64,000 nt of DNA from the human T2T-CHM13v2.0 reference genome, Homo sapiens: the NCBI RefSeq assembly GCF_009914755.1, contig NC_060929.1; one strand, written 5' to 3'. Shown piece by piece: positions 42,237-57,196 of this stretch. Numbering within the stretch: the first letter of the stretch is position 1; each line of letters opens with the position of its first letter. The translations under genes were made by a program, and so were the position numbers. The notes under the pieces are model-generated. The model saw only the letters and a list, made by a program, of their open reading frames with translations. It ran no database searches and was not told the origin of the DNA.

Positions 42237-44339
42237 GTGAGTTATTAAAAAAGAGTCTTCTGTAGGCAAGAAGCAAGATTATAATTGCTTATAATTGTAT
42301 GTCCAGTAGTGTGATTATTTGTCAAACATCTGTTTCCTCACTAGACTATAAATTTTATTTATTATAGCAGGTAGCAAAGTGCTTGACACACAGTTGGCAT
42401 TCAACAAATAATTGTGGAACAAATGGATACATAGATGGATTGATGAAAATCATGCTTTTGAAAGACAAATCTAGCAAATCAGTAGAAGGAAGAGAAAGTG
42501 AAGGGAAGGAATTCTGAATAATTAGGAGGCTGGTAGAACAACACAGTCCAAGAAAGAGGAAATGAAATCCTAAACTAGGGTGTTAAGAGAGGGAATGGAA
42601 AGTAACTGTCTTTGGGGGGACTGTATTGTGCTACTGATATTACCAGGTCAACCACAAATAGCCCAGCAATACCCAAGACTCTGCTCTGTGCCAGCTTCTC
42701 ACCCCACACGTGGGCGGGGAAATCAACAAACTCTTGGCCTGACCAGCAGTCTCAACACTGAGGGAAGTTCTGTGGCAAGGACAAAAGGCACTTTCTAGGA
42801 CATCTTGTCTTTTAAAAAGACAAAGCCATTTGAACAACAAAGAAATTCCAGCACCGTTTTCTCATCCTCTGGACCCTGGGGGCTCATAAATAAGCTGGTT
42901 CTTGTGCTTTTAACAGCCTCTGATGTATTTGATTACATTTTCAATTCAGATGGTTCCATTACTACAAGAAGCAACTTCATTACCAGGAGGGCCCAGAGCC
43001 CAGACTATACTAGCTCTCTGTCATATAATTTAGCCTCAGTCATACCTCAGACAATATTTATACAAGGTCACTTCTTCAAACCATGTCTAGCCTTCCCAAA
43101 TGACAATATTATTTATGCCAAATGCTTCTCCTAAGGGATGGAAAACTGCCAACTCTGGTTTAATAGGCTATACGGACAGGCTAGAAAAACATCATTTGTA
43201 GCACACACAGTTTATGTATTTAGTATATAACTAGGAGTACAGACTGATCATTGGAAACATAGCCGAAAATTGGCCCCAGGAAAAAAAAAAAGCCACAAAA
43301 GCACTAAGGTTTGGATCTTTCCTCCCTGATATTAGTTTTGGAAGCCCTAGGTTTAGCCAGAATTATGAATGCACAAGAGAGAGCTGCCTCAGACTTTAGT
43401 GGCTACCTGAATATTCAAAATAGGGAGAAAACCTGCAAAAGGAAATTCAATGTGGGCGTATGTGCCCAGCAGCCATCCTCCTGTGGTTGCAAATTAATGT
43501 GACCATCCAGTGGAATGGGCAGCCCAGGGGCCTTTGGTAACAAAGAACAGTCTAACCCATTGATGTTAATTTACCAAATTATTCACATCCCACAATCTGG
43601 AATAGAAATCAGCAGCCAAAAAATGCCTCCTCTATACCTCAATCAAAACACCTATAAAAATCTAGATACCAGGAGGCAAAGTCTGGAACATAAACTACTT
43701 CATAATGTTGCCAATGAGTTATTAAAGTACAGAATGATGGAGCTGTTAGAGGCGTCTGGGCTACCGTTGCTTCCAAGCTCCATTCTTCGTTGTGTCTTTA
43801 ATAAGGTATTTGGTCAAAATATATTGGTGACAACTCCTTTCTCTTAAAATCTAGCGAAGGATACAAGTCATACATTCCACTTAATCCTTTATAGACCACT
43901 AAAACTTAAAAATCTCTCTAGTAGAGAATGAAGAAACTTCAAGTACTGAGCTTTCAAATAAAGTGCAGAATGCCTGTTCATACTTGCATGATTTATTGGT
44001 GATGAATATCACTAATAATTTATATATTAATGTTCTTTAAATAGATGCTTACAATTCCTACATATGAATACTGTATCTAATTTAAATTTTAGGAAGCAAA
44101 AATGTCAGATTATAGAGCAGTTTCAAAATTCAAAATTATTCCATTGTATTGATAAATTTGGTATGGTTTTTGTTCCTTAAGATGCATTTTTTTAAAAAGC
44201 CGTAAGTATCTTTTTGTTTTTAAAAGCTCTCTCCAGAGGAACTGCCACCCATTAACCCATATTTAGTAGTATTTGATATCCTTATCATTACTTATTTACA
44301 ATAATAGAATTTACTTCTTATAATTAGCATAACCTATGG

Positions 44340-44635
44340 CCAAGCAATTTCATGCCCAAGGATTTATTTCAGGCCAATAATTTGAGATGTATGCAAAGCT
44401 GTATAAGCAAAGACATTCACCACAAAGTTATTTTTTATTGGAAATAAAGGTACAACAATAGAAGACTGTTTAAACAAATTATCCATGTGATATAAACATA
44501 AACAATCATGTTATGGAAAAAATATCTAACTCATTGGAGAAAGTTCATAGTAAACTACAAGTGAAAAAGAAGATGACAAAGCAATATGCATCAAATGTAC
44601 GTTCATATGGAATGACATCAAAATGTTAACCCAGG
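44340..44635 (+). mobile_element. L1ME-like fragment
   Basis: CCAAGCAATTTCA...AAAGACATTCACCACA...CATCAAAATGTTAAC. Confidence 0.5.
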
Positions 44636-46646
44636 CTGGACAGTCTTGGGGACACCTGGAAATAATATAGCTAAGCTTTGAGAAGGGGGTTAAGGAACTG
44701 ATACTGATGTGACCTCATTGACAGCTGTAGGCAGGTGATACTTAGGGGCATTTGAATATTAGAATTTTTACATGCGCTTTTATTGTGGAAGTAAGTAGCT
44801 TTCTATGTGTCATTACCCAGCTGAGGAAGGGATAGCATGGACATTTTCTGCTGCTCCTAGCCCAGTGGTGGTTTGGACAGGATCTATATAAGACTCCCTC
44901 TTGTCCTCCATTTGAATCTCTTTCCTTAAGTCAAGTGAGAGAAACTTGACTTCAGTATCATGCAGTGAGGTCCCTGTGTCCTCAACAGTAAAGCATTGCC
45001 ATCTGCTTCCTAACATTACAGTGCTCCTGGGTAACCCCTGAAACTGTCTACATGTCCATATGATCCTGCAACGTAGAGATTTATTAGGATACTGTAAATA
45101 AAACTTGGATAAACAGAAGCAAGAAATGAGAGACCCCAAGGGCCAAAAAAGAAAAAAAGAAAGAAAGAAAGAAACGACGTAAGAAAAATAGACCTGCTTC
45201 ATCAGCTTCTCTGTCAAACAGATATGGCCCATGATTTATTAAAATAGGAGCTTTTTCAAGGCATGATTACAGGCAAGAGAAACCTGAATAAAGCTTTTAC
45301 TTAACAGTGTCTTTGTGTGCACTGGGGGAAATGTTTCTGTTGGACTTTTCTATTTGGACATCCTGTGGGCTCCCCAAGCTCAATGCTTTTGAAGTAGGGA
45401 TCATTCACTTCTTTTTCTGAGCATTACTCTTTAGACAGCACCTAAATAGAAGTGACAGGTCAAACAATATGGATGACTAAAATCTCTGCAGTGAGGAGAG
45501 ATTAGGGAAGAAGACCAAGCATAGACCTTTGGGACAGGCCCACATTTGAGGGAGAGGAAGACAGAAAGGAAATACAAAGAGATCATCCAAGAAGTCAGAG
45601 TATGAATGAGTCTTTTCTGTGTTAAACAGTATAAACATCATTTTCTTTAAGGTGAAAATTTTAGTCAAAAATATAGTTTGAAGACAACATAGTTTTGTGT
45701 GATGCTAATGGATCTTTGCCTAGGGCTAAAATAATCCAGATGTACTGGATAAAACAAAGTAGAACTATACTTAAATATTTCCAAGAGCTCAACTATTTCA
45801 CTCTCCTGAAAACCTTAAAAAAATCCTTCTCAAGGAGGTAAGTAAATAATTACAGGCATATAAAGGAGAGCCAAAATCTTGAAAGTATCAAGAAAAATCT
45901 ACAAATGAGTATACCTTAAAAGGGTGCTACTTTCTTGATAAACCAAAAAATTCTCATTCTTAAAGATTACATTGACATTTTTGCTTGAAAATACAGTATT
46001 AAAAGGTGGGTGCTAATGTGGGTTGACTTTTGTTTCCTAGGACTAACGGTTGTCTGGCTCACTCTGCACTGAAGTAACCAAAGGGCTGGCTTATTCAGCA
46101 GCAATGCTGGGAGCATCCTTGGGACTAGAAGATTGAAAACTGTTACCTCTGTGGTCTCTGAGGCTGGGTTCAGACTAGAGCAATTGTGCAGTGAATTTGG
46201 CCCATCTTGGGGACTTTGGCTCTCAAATGGCAGGGACTGTTCAGACTAAACTAGAGGTTATTTTACAAGGACCATCAAAATTCTCATTTGCATGTGTGAA
46301 ATTCCTGTGGAGAGGCTGGCTTTTTCAATCAAGCTGGTTGGGCCAGATTATAAGTGGAGTCTGCTAGAGTGCATGTGAACAGCATCAGACAGCTCTCAGC
46401 CCTTCCCCGTTGGTCTTTCCCTTCTCTGGTGGAAATCACCAACAGTTTAGTGACACCTAGCACCTTCTATTCCCCAAGTGGAGAAGTGGTCTTCTAGCTA
46501 ACAGGAAGACATCAGGCTTTCTTAAAACAAATTTTTATCAGCAGCTACCACCACCACAATGATGTTCATTGAGCACTTATATTGTGCTAAGTGTATTACA
46601 TCCGTCATCTCTTTAGAGCCTCACAATCCTCTATGAAGTTTGATAT

Positions 46647-46954
46647 TTTTTATTTATTTATTTATTTATTTCGAGATGGAGTCTTGTTCTGTCGCCCAGG
46701 CTGGAGTGTGGTAGCACAATCTCAGCTCACAACAACCTCCGCCTCCTGGGTTCAAGTGATTCTCATGCCTCAGCCTCCCAAGTAGCTGGGATTACAGGCA
46801 CCTGCCACCACGCCTGGCTAATTTTTGTATTTTTAGTAGAGACAGGGTTTCACTGTGTTGGCCAGGCTGGTCTCGAACTCCTGACCTCAAGTGATCCGCC
46901 TGCCTCAGCTTCCCAAAATGCTGGGATTACAGGCGTGAGCCACTGTGCCCGGGC
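46647..46954 (-). mobile_element. AluS-type SINE inserted in a minus-strand MIR (~46560-47110)
   Basis: Full dimer with (TTTA)n tail; TSD GATATTTT; MIR halves on both sides. Confidence 0.93.
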
Positions 46955-48054
46955 GATATTTTCATCGCTTTTTTTTTTTAAAGGAGAAAGCTTAGTCTCC
47001 ATTAAGGTTAACTTATCCCAGGTCACACAGGTTGAAGGAAATGGATTTGGATGCAGATAGTTTAAATTGCACACCCATATTTTTTAAGCCTTTTTACATG
47101 ATGCCATGTTGCTTCCCTATTAGTAGGCTGGCCTCCACTGGCAATTAATAGCAACAATGAACACTGGGCTCAAAACCAAAAGCCTGGGCAATATGGAGCA
47201 AACCATAAATTTGATTAGGAATCAGTTACCTGTGTCATTTTTGTCTTATAATGGAGTTGTGTGGTTCACAGGAGCCCTACCACTTCTGGATGGTGTCATA
47301 ATTCTCACAAAATCTGGACCTTATGGCAGAAGCCCTGCCCCATCCCTTTATTTTCCATGGTATCCCTTTATTTGATTCCAGCTGCTCTGGGATTCAGAGC
47401 TTTCTCCATAGAGGCTTGGGAGGGGGAAGAAAGCAACCTATAAATAAACTCCGAATTCAGGCTGTTGGGGACAGTGCCCATAGCGTTGCAGGTGCACAGT
47501 CCAACCCCAACCACTGTTTCCAGTACAACTCTAGGGATTGTGAAGAAAATGGGCCAATTATTCTTCAGCTTGGACATTCTTCTGAGGCCAGGACACCCTC
47601 GGTCTGGGAGCTGTGTGATTCAGGTCTCTAATGTCTTTTTCAGGGAGGGAGGCAGCACAGTAGTTAAAAATTTCCCAGCTCTCAGTCCCTCCAGATCATC
47701 TTCCACATGTGAAGAGGGGGTGTCCTGCACTCATCACCTGGACAGCAGTCTGGCAACCGCTGGCCAAAGTGGTTTATAACATCTGGATTATTGTTTCCAG
47801 ATGTGGCATTGAAATACTTGATTAAAAGTTTCACACACAGCATCTTGTAATAACTGACATATGCACAGAGAGTTTCTATCATCTGGAGCCAGGGTGGAAG
47901 CAGCAGGGACACTCAGAAGATGAGAGAGAGCAAGGACAGTTTGCAGGATCTAAGCGGCCTGAGAAAACCGTGAGGCTGAGTTTCTACTGGGTCCTCATTA
48001 AAGTCAAGCAAATGGAGCTGAGCCTGGTGGAAGTCAAGTAGACTGGACAGAGCA

Positions 48055-48950
48055 AGGCCTCAGACAGATGTGCATTCAAACACCAACTCCACCAATCACC
48101 AGCTGGGATTTCTGTGAGATACCTAACCTCCTGCCTCAGATTTCTCCGTTGTACAATGGAAATGGCCATACCTACCTCAGAGGAGGATTGTGAAGTGTCT
48201 AGCACATAGCAGGCACTTAAGAAACAGTTGTTTCTCTTTTTTTTATTATTAGTCAAGTCTATAAACACAATTCACTATTATACTCATTACAAAACTGTTA
48301 GCAAAGCACATAGGACTAGAAGTTCCTTTTTATTCTTTATACAGAACAATAACATTTTTAAAGGACAAACAATAGTAGCAGCTGTTTATAATGTGCCCCT
48401 TTGAGGAAGAGCTGAAACAATTTTCCACCAAGTACAAAAAGCTCTGCATTTGTCTTATAAACAGATTCAGACCAATCCTGACCCTCAGACTAAAATTCTG
48501 AAGTCCCTCACATCTTCTGGAGTGAGACATCTTGATGTTGCAGGGAAAAGGGAGCTCAGCTAGAGCTAATGTTAAGATTCACAAGATCTGAGAGTGTGTC
48601 AGACAAAGCAATCCTCATTTAATAGGTGTGGGGAGGCTGAAGAATTGGTCCAAATGAGTAAACTAATTTTATTCATTCCACAGCATTTTCTCTTTTAGTT
48701 TGAAAGTCATTGCCAATATAATAATGGTTATAATTAATGGAGCATCTGCAATACTCACGGGTGGTGATAGGCACTTTACTCACACCATTCCCGTGTCATC
48801 TTCTCTACAACTTGCCTGTAAAATAGGCATTATTATCACCCTCATTTTCCACGTGAGGAAAGTGTAGCTGAGAGTTAAATAGTTTACCACAAATCATGAA
48901 GCCACCAGCAGCAGACCTGGAATTTGAACTTATCAATCTAATTCCAAGGG
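48055..48950. mobile_element. Two MIRs (+ at ~48055-48230, - at ~48730-48950)
   Basis: GCCTCAGATTTCTCCGTTGTACAATGG...TACCTACCTCAGAGG; CATTTTCCACGTGAGGAAAG...GGAATTTGAAC. Confidence 0.7.
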
Positions 48951-49879
48951 CGTCTCCCAACAGCCCTGAAACAACTTCACCTTACCATTTGGTGAGCAGA
49001 AAACTAGTGAAAATTATTTTTCTGCTCATCACTTAAAATCATCATGATAGTTACACCTGTGGCGTCTCTTGTTTAGCATGTCCACAACTGGGGCTCTGTC
49101 CGTTGTACCACGTGGCCTCTAGAACACTTCAGTTTTTTGGTCCTGATGGCTGAACAGGTGTTCAGTACAATAGCTCCCTTTTCTCCCCATCTGCTTCTCC
49201 ATGCACGGTGGGGCCCCGAGCCTTCACGGGCGGATGCTTCCCATATGTGCTTGCAGCCCCGGTGATGAGAAATGGCAGAAGCAGGTATTAAAGGTGGAGG
49301 TTATGGCTTGTTACTCTGAATGTATTAAAAACCATTTCCAGACTCCACATAAAGAGTTTTACACACACAGCACATATGATACAAGGGAGACAGAGAAGCA
49401 GACATGGGGATAACCACAGTGAGACGTGTAACCACAACAGAAGTCTGGAGAGATGGGCTCAAGGAAAGCTACTTTCACAGACTGGGTGATGGATCGTCTC
49501 CTCAGCAGACAGACAGCTAGAGGTACTTATTTTTATAAAAAGTTGACAGAAGGAACTCCAGACATCCCGGCCTGCTGTCTTCTAATTCTCACGTCCAGAG
49601 CTGACTCAGCCCTGTCTGTTTCCCTTTGCAGGATGGTGAGTTATTCCATGCGCTCGTGCTAATTATCCACAACCCGCTCCTTTCTTTTCTCACAGGTCGT
49701 TTAAATGTCTACTTGTCTGGGTTAGAACTTGGATGCATGTTGAATTATCCTCTGTAGTCCTCCCCAGTGATGAATTTCTCATACCTAGGGTATTGTTTGT
49801 AGGGAAATTCTTTCAATTTAAAGGCCCTTGAGATGGTTTTCCAAATAATTTGTTTTACTAGGCTCTTAAAGAAGGTACT

Positions 49880-50270
49880 TACCATTTATTGAGTACATAG
49901 CAAGTGCCAAATATTTCCATAAGCTATCTCCTTTAATGCTCCTAGTAATCATAAGAGGTAGGTATTTGTCCCATTGTACAGATCAATAGTATATAGGACA
50001 GACAATAAATGAAAGGGAGAATAAAACCAGATTGCATACGAATTTCCTCAGGGTTTCCTTAGTGTCCAAGAAGCAGAGTGGCATGGTGAAGGAGCTGTGC
50101 CTAGTCCAGGAGACCTGCATTTTTTTCCTGGCATTGCCACGAAACAGCTCTGTGATCTGGGCAAGACACTTTACCTCTGGGCACTTCTGCTTATCTAAAA
50201 AAATATGTATAGGTAGCTGGACTAGGTGATTTCCTCTACAAGACCCCTTCCTCCTCTAACTTTCTATGAC
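49880..50270. mobile_element. MIR relics (- at ~49880-49985, + at ~50070-50270)
   Basis: GAGGTAGGTATTTGTCCCATTGTACAGAT; CTGTGATCTGGGCAAGACACTTTACCTCTG. Confidence 0.65.
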
Positions 50271-50577
50271 TATTGCCTATTTTCATACTCAGTCAGTGTT
50301 AATAATGTCAGACTCTCCAAGAATAAATTACTAGAACATAGCTAATCTATTAGCACTGAACTGATGTCCACCATCACCCAGCTCTGGAGAATAGCGCATC
50401 CAAGCCACATCTGGATAGCAAATTAAAGTAGCTACTTTACCCTTTCTAGAGTAATTTAGCATGCCATATCTATTAAAGCCAAGTAGAAGCAGAACTTCCA
50501 ACCCTGTCACACAGTCACAGATGCCATTGCTTTACTACCTTGGATCTGAAAGGTTTTCTTACAAAAAATAGATATTT

Positions 50578-51400
<823 letters not shown>

Positions 51401-51447
51401 CTTTACCTATCTCAGAGCAAAATGAACTATAGGTAAAGGTCAGCTAG

Positions 51448-51461
51448 TCTCTCTCTCTCTG

Positions 51462-51495
<34 letters not shown>

Positions 51496-51547
51496 TGTCT
51501 CTCTTTCTCTCTCTCTGTCACACACACACACACACACACACTTACAC
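51448..51547. repeat. (TC/TG)n-(CA)n compound microsatellite
   Basis: TCTCTCTCTCTCTGTCTCTG...CACACACACACA. Confidence 0.9.
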
Positions 51548-52871
51548 AAACTGTTCCAAATCGTGCTTATTATAGTACCATGCTCAAACACAAAAGTTGT
51601 CTACCTAAACATAAAGGGCGACTTACAGGTTGAATCCCATATGGAATAGTAGGGGAGAGAAAGCATACTTCCATTTCTATATGGGATAACATTAAACTCT
51701 GTCACTGATGGAAAGGAGAGAGCAACTTAATTGGAGAATATCTGTTCAGAAGAAATTGTAAAAGCATGTAGGTGATCTAGTCAAGTCTGCCAGGATGGAT
51801 ACTGATATTCCAGTAATTTTAAGACAACCAGATGCCATTTGCAATCATCCCTGAATGAAGGTAAAACCAACAGGAAAAGTTGCCAGACTCTCTTCCAGAC
51901 ATCCACACAGATAAGCAGGCCTGACGTGTGGCAGCTTTGACAGGCAGGCTTAAGAAACACTAAGAAACAAACTGAGGATCTGGACAATATCACTATCAAG
52001 AAAGCATATCATAAACTTCAGAATGTGGCATTGTCCCCCACCAAAAAAAACCAGCAACTGAGAAGCCAGCTGAAAAACTGGAGATGCTGGAGGAGAAGAG
52101 CAGGTCAGCTGTGAAAGCAGCAGGGAGCAGAGAAAAGTCTGGACAACATGTTGGAACCCAAGGAGTATGGCATAAGCACTGGAATCACAGACCCCCACAG
52201 GGCGGAGATTATCTGTGAAAGAAAATATCTGCAGCTCCTGGGGAGGAAAGGAGACTTAGGGAACCATCAAGGAAGCAGCACAGTGATCCTTTGGGTTATA
52301 GATGCCAGAACAAAGCTAGAATTACTGTGGCTTGGAAGGTGAATCTAAAGGCCCCTGAAAGCAGCATTTCTTTTCTTCATGACTCAGAGAAAGTCAGGAA
52401 TGAATTCTCTAGACATGTAATTTAAGGAGGTTTCTGGCCTGTATCTGGAATATTTAGGAGTTGTCAGCTTTGCAATCTGATGGGCACTGCAAGAAGCTCT
52501 GTGAGTCTACAGCGCAGGGAGACGGAACAGAAAGTTATTTTCCTCTCTGGCCCTGCCTCCAGATGAGAATATGAGGCTTGCTCTTCAAATTACAAGACGT
52601 TTAAAGGCAGAGGGCCCCAACAGATCAATTATAATTCCCTCCCTCCAGGGGGCACTAACTGAACTAATCCTCAGGTTATATAGCCTTTGGCCACACCCAC
52701 CCCTCTGGCTCTTGAAGTTCCCTTCTGAAATTCTGGCAAGCATACACATCTGCAAATTCTCAGAACTCATAATCTCATTTCTGGGAATGGAATACAACGA
52801 AACCATCCCCAAGCAGGGGAAATACATGTGCATGAAGATGTTCACAGCAGTGTAAGTTGTAAGGAGACTCT

Positions 52872-53012
52872 CAGTGCTTCTCAAACTTTGATGTGCATCA
52901 CTTGGAGATCTTAAAGGCGGGTTCAGTAGGTCTGGGGTGGGGCTTACAACTCTGCATTTCTAGCATACTCCCAGGTAATACCCATGCTACTGGTCTGCAG
53001 GCCATACTTTGA
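52872..53012. mobile_element. MER5A-type relic within an old L1 fragment
   Basis: CAGTGCTTCTCAAACTT...CAGTAGGTCTGGGGTGGGGC...TCTGCATTTCTA...CCATACTTTGA. Confidence 0.75.
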
Positions 53013-55334
53013 AAAAGAATGGTTTACTTTATATGCTGCAAAAAAAAAAAAAAAAGAAAAAAAGTCAAACACTGATAAGACATGACTAAATAAATGGTAA
53101 AGACATCTCCTTGAAATTATATTGAGATAGATGTCAACATGATCCTGAAGACTAGCCTGAATTCGTTGATGAATTTCATGGCCATGTTAGATATAGGACA
53201 TGTCTGAAGGCCACTTGTGTACTTTCTCTGTCACTTTGAAGCATTTGAGAAGCTGAACTGAAGTGCCTGCAGGGAGGATTCTGGGGTGGGGGAGAGGTCA
53301 TCTGGTGTGCCTGTTGTCTTTTGAAGGTACATTTGGATTGTGGTATGAGGCCTTAACAGCGTATGCATAGAAAACATCCAACAAAATCATGAAAGCTAGA
53401 AATTCTGAAACGAGGGGAAGTCAGGTAAGCCTTTGCTGTACTTTAAAAATGCTCTTTTTTAGGTAGCCTTTTTTTGACCTTTTCTCATTATTGTATACTA
53501 CAAATAATTTCATAAGACAATGTCCCAGACGTTTCAGGGCAACAAATTTTTCTTCTACTGCGGCCAGTTCTCTAGTAGGGTAATGTTTGAATCAGTTGAA
53601 ATTTTTTTAAGGTATTATTTAAGGGAAAAACTTTAAAACACCAACTAAATTAACTACTACAAGCCAAATTTGTACTTAGTTAACTGTACAAATTCCAAAG
53701 CACTATTCCAATTCCGCTATTGACTTGGAATTTTATTATATTAAATATTGTTTTAAAAATATGAGCCATCAACTGCAACTTGGAAAATATCTTGCAAATA
53801 TAACTTCTGCTGTGTTTTACTAAAATTGAATTTAACTTGCAATGTTATTTCTTTTGTCCATGACATTCATCAATTTTTCTTTGTTCTTACAGAAATTATC
53901 TATTCCACCCCCCCGCGCCCCCCCCCCACACACACACGCACACATGCATCTTGGTATGAAACACCTGAGTCCTAGACCTGGGGTGTTGTGCTGAGTCCTT
54001 TTTTGCTAATGGTTACATAGGTGGGAACCCAGAGAATGAGGGAGTCTTTGTTCTTTTGTTCTCCCTGGCATATATTCTATTTCATCTGAACAGAGCTAAG
54101 CTTACACCCCAAAGGACAACTGAGCTAGGTGGGTGACAAGAGAAGATTCTAATTTGAGAATAGCTATTCAGTACGAATGTTAAGTCCTGATTGGTAGTGC
54201 TTTTAGAAACAAAAAAATCGGGGCCCTTGGGATGAGTATTGGACTTCAGCTTTGGCGTCATTTTAAATAGCAATGAAAGAAAGACAGGGGAGAAAGAAAC
54301 AGAAAGAGAAAGGGAGAGAAACAATAGTTTGCTCTTCCAAGGAAATAGAAAAAGAAAAAAAGGCAGTGGATAGGGCCGAAAAGCCATGCCTTCTTAAAAT
54401 ACACATGATAAAAGAAAGAAACGAAATAAGTAAAATGGAGTATCAACAAATGCAAGGAAAAGCGAAAAAATGTTTAGGGGACAAAGTGTTACTAATGAAA
54501 GGAAATCCTAGCTTGTGAGACTTAACTTGAAACAGGAAGATAAGAATCCTTTATACAATCAGCAAACAAAAGCAAGGAAATATAAATTTTCAACTCCCAT
54601 GGAGAGCCTGGAAGGGAAGTTAACCGAGACAATGCTGAGCATACAGTTGAGAAGATAAATCATTTCTTTACCTCACTCTATGCAAAAAGAAGATAACAGA
54701 CCAGGGATGAGACGCATTTTCCAGCATAAGCGTAGAGAATTGTTGAAATGCTTTTCTCTTACCACAAAAAGCTAACAGAACACCCAATTCAAATGAGCTA
54801 TATTCTCACAGACAGACAACATTCTTTTCTGTTGTTGACATGGGTGAGGTACTTGAGTATGGAGGAGAAAGAGATGGTCCCCTTCGATACCAGATGAAAT
54901 ACGCGTTGATTCACTGTTAAAGGAAGATCAGTGAGGACATTAGAAATCGCTGGAGCAGTCTCTCTTAAGGGAAAATTTTGGGGCTTCCCGGGGGTGCAAT
55001 CCTTGAGCGCTTGGAAACTTGGACCATTGAAGCACGAAGACTATGAAATTCTCACCCATACGTCCATTTGTGAGAGGGAAATTTTCTTAAACATCTACCT
55101 AAAATAACACTTACATGTTTCAATGTTTACTTAAAAAACAACACACACACGCACACATGTGCGCACACACACACACCCTCCAAGACACTACATTCCATAA
55201 GTAGAAGTCCACTAAGATCTTCCAAACTTAAGAAAAAAATGTCTGGCACAAAATCGAACCAAATATATTTTATCTTGGCCAAAAAGCATTTAAAGTTTAT
55301 TTTTCTGATAAAACACAAGACTGAGGAAGAGTTT

Positions 55335-55554
55335 AGCACATATATGGAATGTTTATTTTTGAAAATGCTTGGAAAAACAGGTAACCAAAGCGTGAAACAT
55401 CAATGAACCTTGTACATCAATTGTCCGGGATCGGAGACAGAGGATAGGTCAAAACCAGTGACATGAGTGGCATGTGTAATTAGATAGGAGCATTCTTGTA
55501 GTTGGATTTTAGAACCATTGGTAATTCTTGACTCTGACATACTCTCACGTTCAC
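55335..55554 (-). other. Candidate terminal exon of a minus-strand transcript
   Basis: CCATTTTTGCAG|GTG acceptor; AATAAA on the minus strand at 55352-55357 with U/GU-rich sequence downstream. Confidence 0.3.
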
Positions 55555-56257
55555 CTGCAAAAATGGGCTCTGTGATAATACTGGCTTTTCTCCACACTGG
55601 CTTTTTATTAAAACTTCTGTTCAAATCTATTTTTAAACACTCAGGAAAAGATCTAAGCTTCTTTGAGAAGCAGTTTTAAGAACAACTAGGAGCTTAGAAA
55701 TTCAATACAAATTAATTTTTATACAAAATTGGGCTTCAATGCTGTAGAAAGAGGAGAGTTTACAAAAAGGAGTGCTTCTTCCTGCGAAATCTTTTCTAGT
55801 TAGAAAGAAACCATCATGGAGTTTTTACAGGCTATGGAAAGTGTCATTGACATCTTGATCATCCTGCTTTTTCCCCCTTGTTTTCTTATTTAGAAACTTC
55901 CAATTTGGAAAGGAAACATACAGTATAGGCAAATACAAGTTACATTTTCCCTAGTAGAATGTAGGTTACTCTCCCACAGCTTGGAAGCAGTCTAGATCCT
56001 TTTGGGGCACAAATAGTTAAACCCTTTTGATGTGTATGAGCAGCAAGTTTAAAGGAGATTATTGTGAGACAATTTCCTGCTCTTTGAAGCACCGTGTGGG
56101 AATAACATTTTCTTTAAATCAAAATAGAAAAAATAAGGTTGGTAAAACAGTGGTTAAAAATGACTGAAGTTTAAGAAAGTAATTAATTTGCACCTAGGTG
56201 GTCATGTTTCTTTAAGAATTTGTTTAGATTGTGTGAGCATACATCTTATAAAAACAT

Positions 56258-56360
56258 TCTTCCTTCCTTCCTTTCTTTCCTTTTTCCTTTCTTTTTTCTT
56301 TCTCTTCCTCCTACCCTCTCTCCCTCCCTTCCTTTCTTTCTTCCTTCCTTCCATTTTCTT
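56258..56360. repeat. (TTCC/TTTC)n polypyrimidine simple repeat
   Basis: TTCTTCCTTCCTTCCTTTCTTTCC... Confidence 0.85.
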
Positions 56361-56800
56361 TCTGTTAGTACTATTACTGCCAAAGGAATGGCCTATAATT
56401 TTTCTACATGATAAACAGAAATCAAAGCTAACTATTTTACATTCATACTTATTTTATGAAGGCTTTTGCCTATTACATGTGGTTCTGGCTGGTAAGCTGT
56501 AAATATCTTTAAACTACATATTCTGCCTTGTGTATTTAGCTCTAACTGCAACATATAAGCCTATTTCATTACTTATAAAAATTTTTTGAAACAAGAAGAA
56601 AATTGCACTATTACAAGAGGATGAAAGGTAAGAACAGATAAAAGGTAGGAAAAGAGATATTAAAGGAAAGAGACGTTTGAAGCACAATTTTCTTGTTTTT
56701 ATTAATGATGATTATTTTGTAATGAGAAGCTTCTGTTAAACCAGGAAAGCCTATTAGAACTGAGAAATTTGTTGGATTATCTGAGGTCAATGTACTTTTA

Positions 56801-57196
<396 letters not shown>

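Noticed and set aside
47323-47912. Overlapping ~100-aa ORFs, an acceptor at 47643 and a 9-bp ACATCTGGA/TCCAGATGT hairpin
   Set aside because: No recognisable homology, no paired donor, and the hairpin is short enough to occur by chance.
54850-55100. Mild CpG retention in unique sequence
   Set aside because: Too few CpGs for an island and no sustained ORF; cannot be assessed without conservation data.
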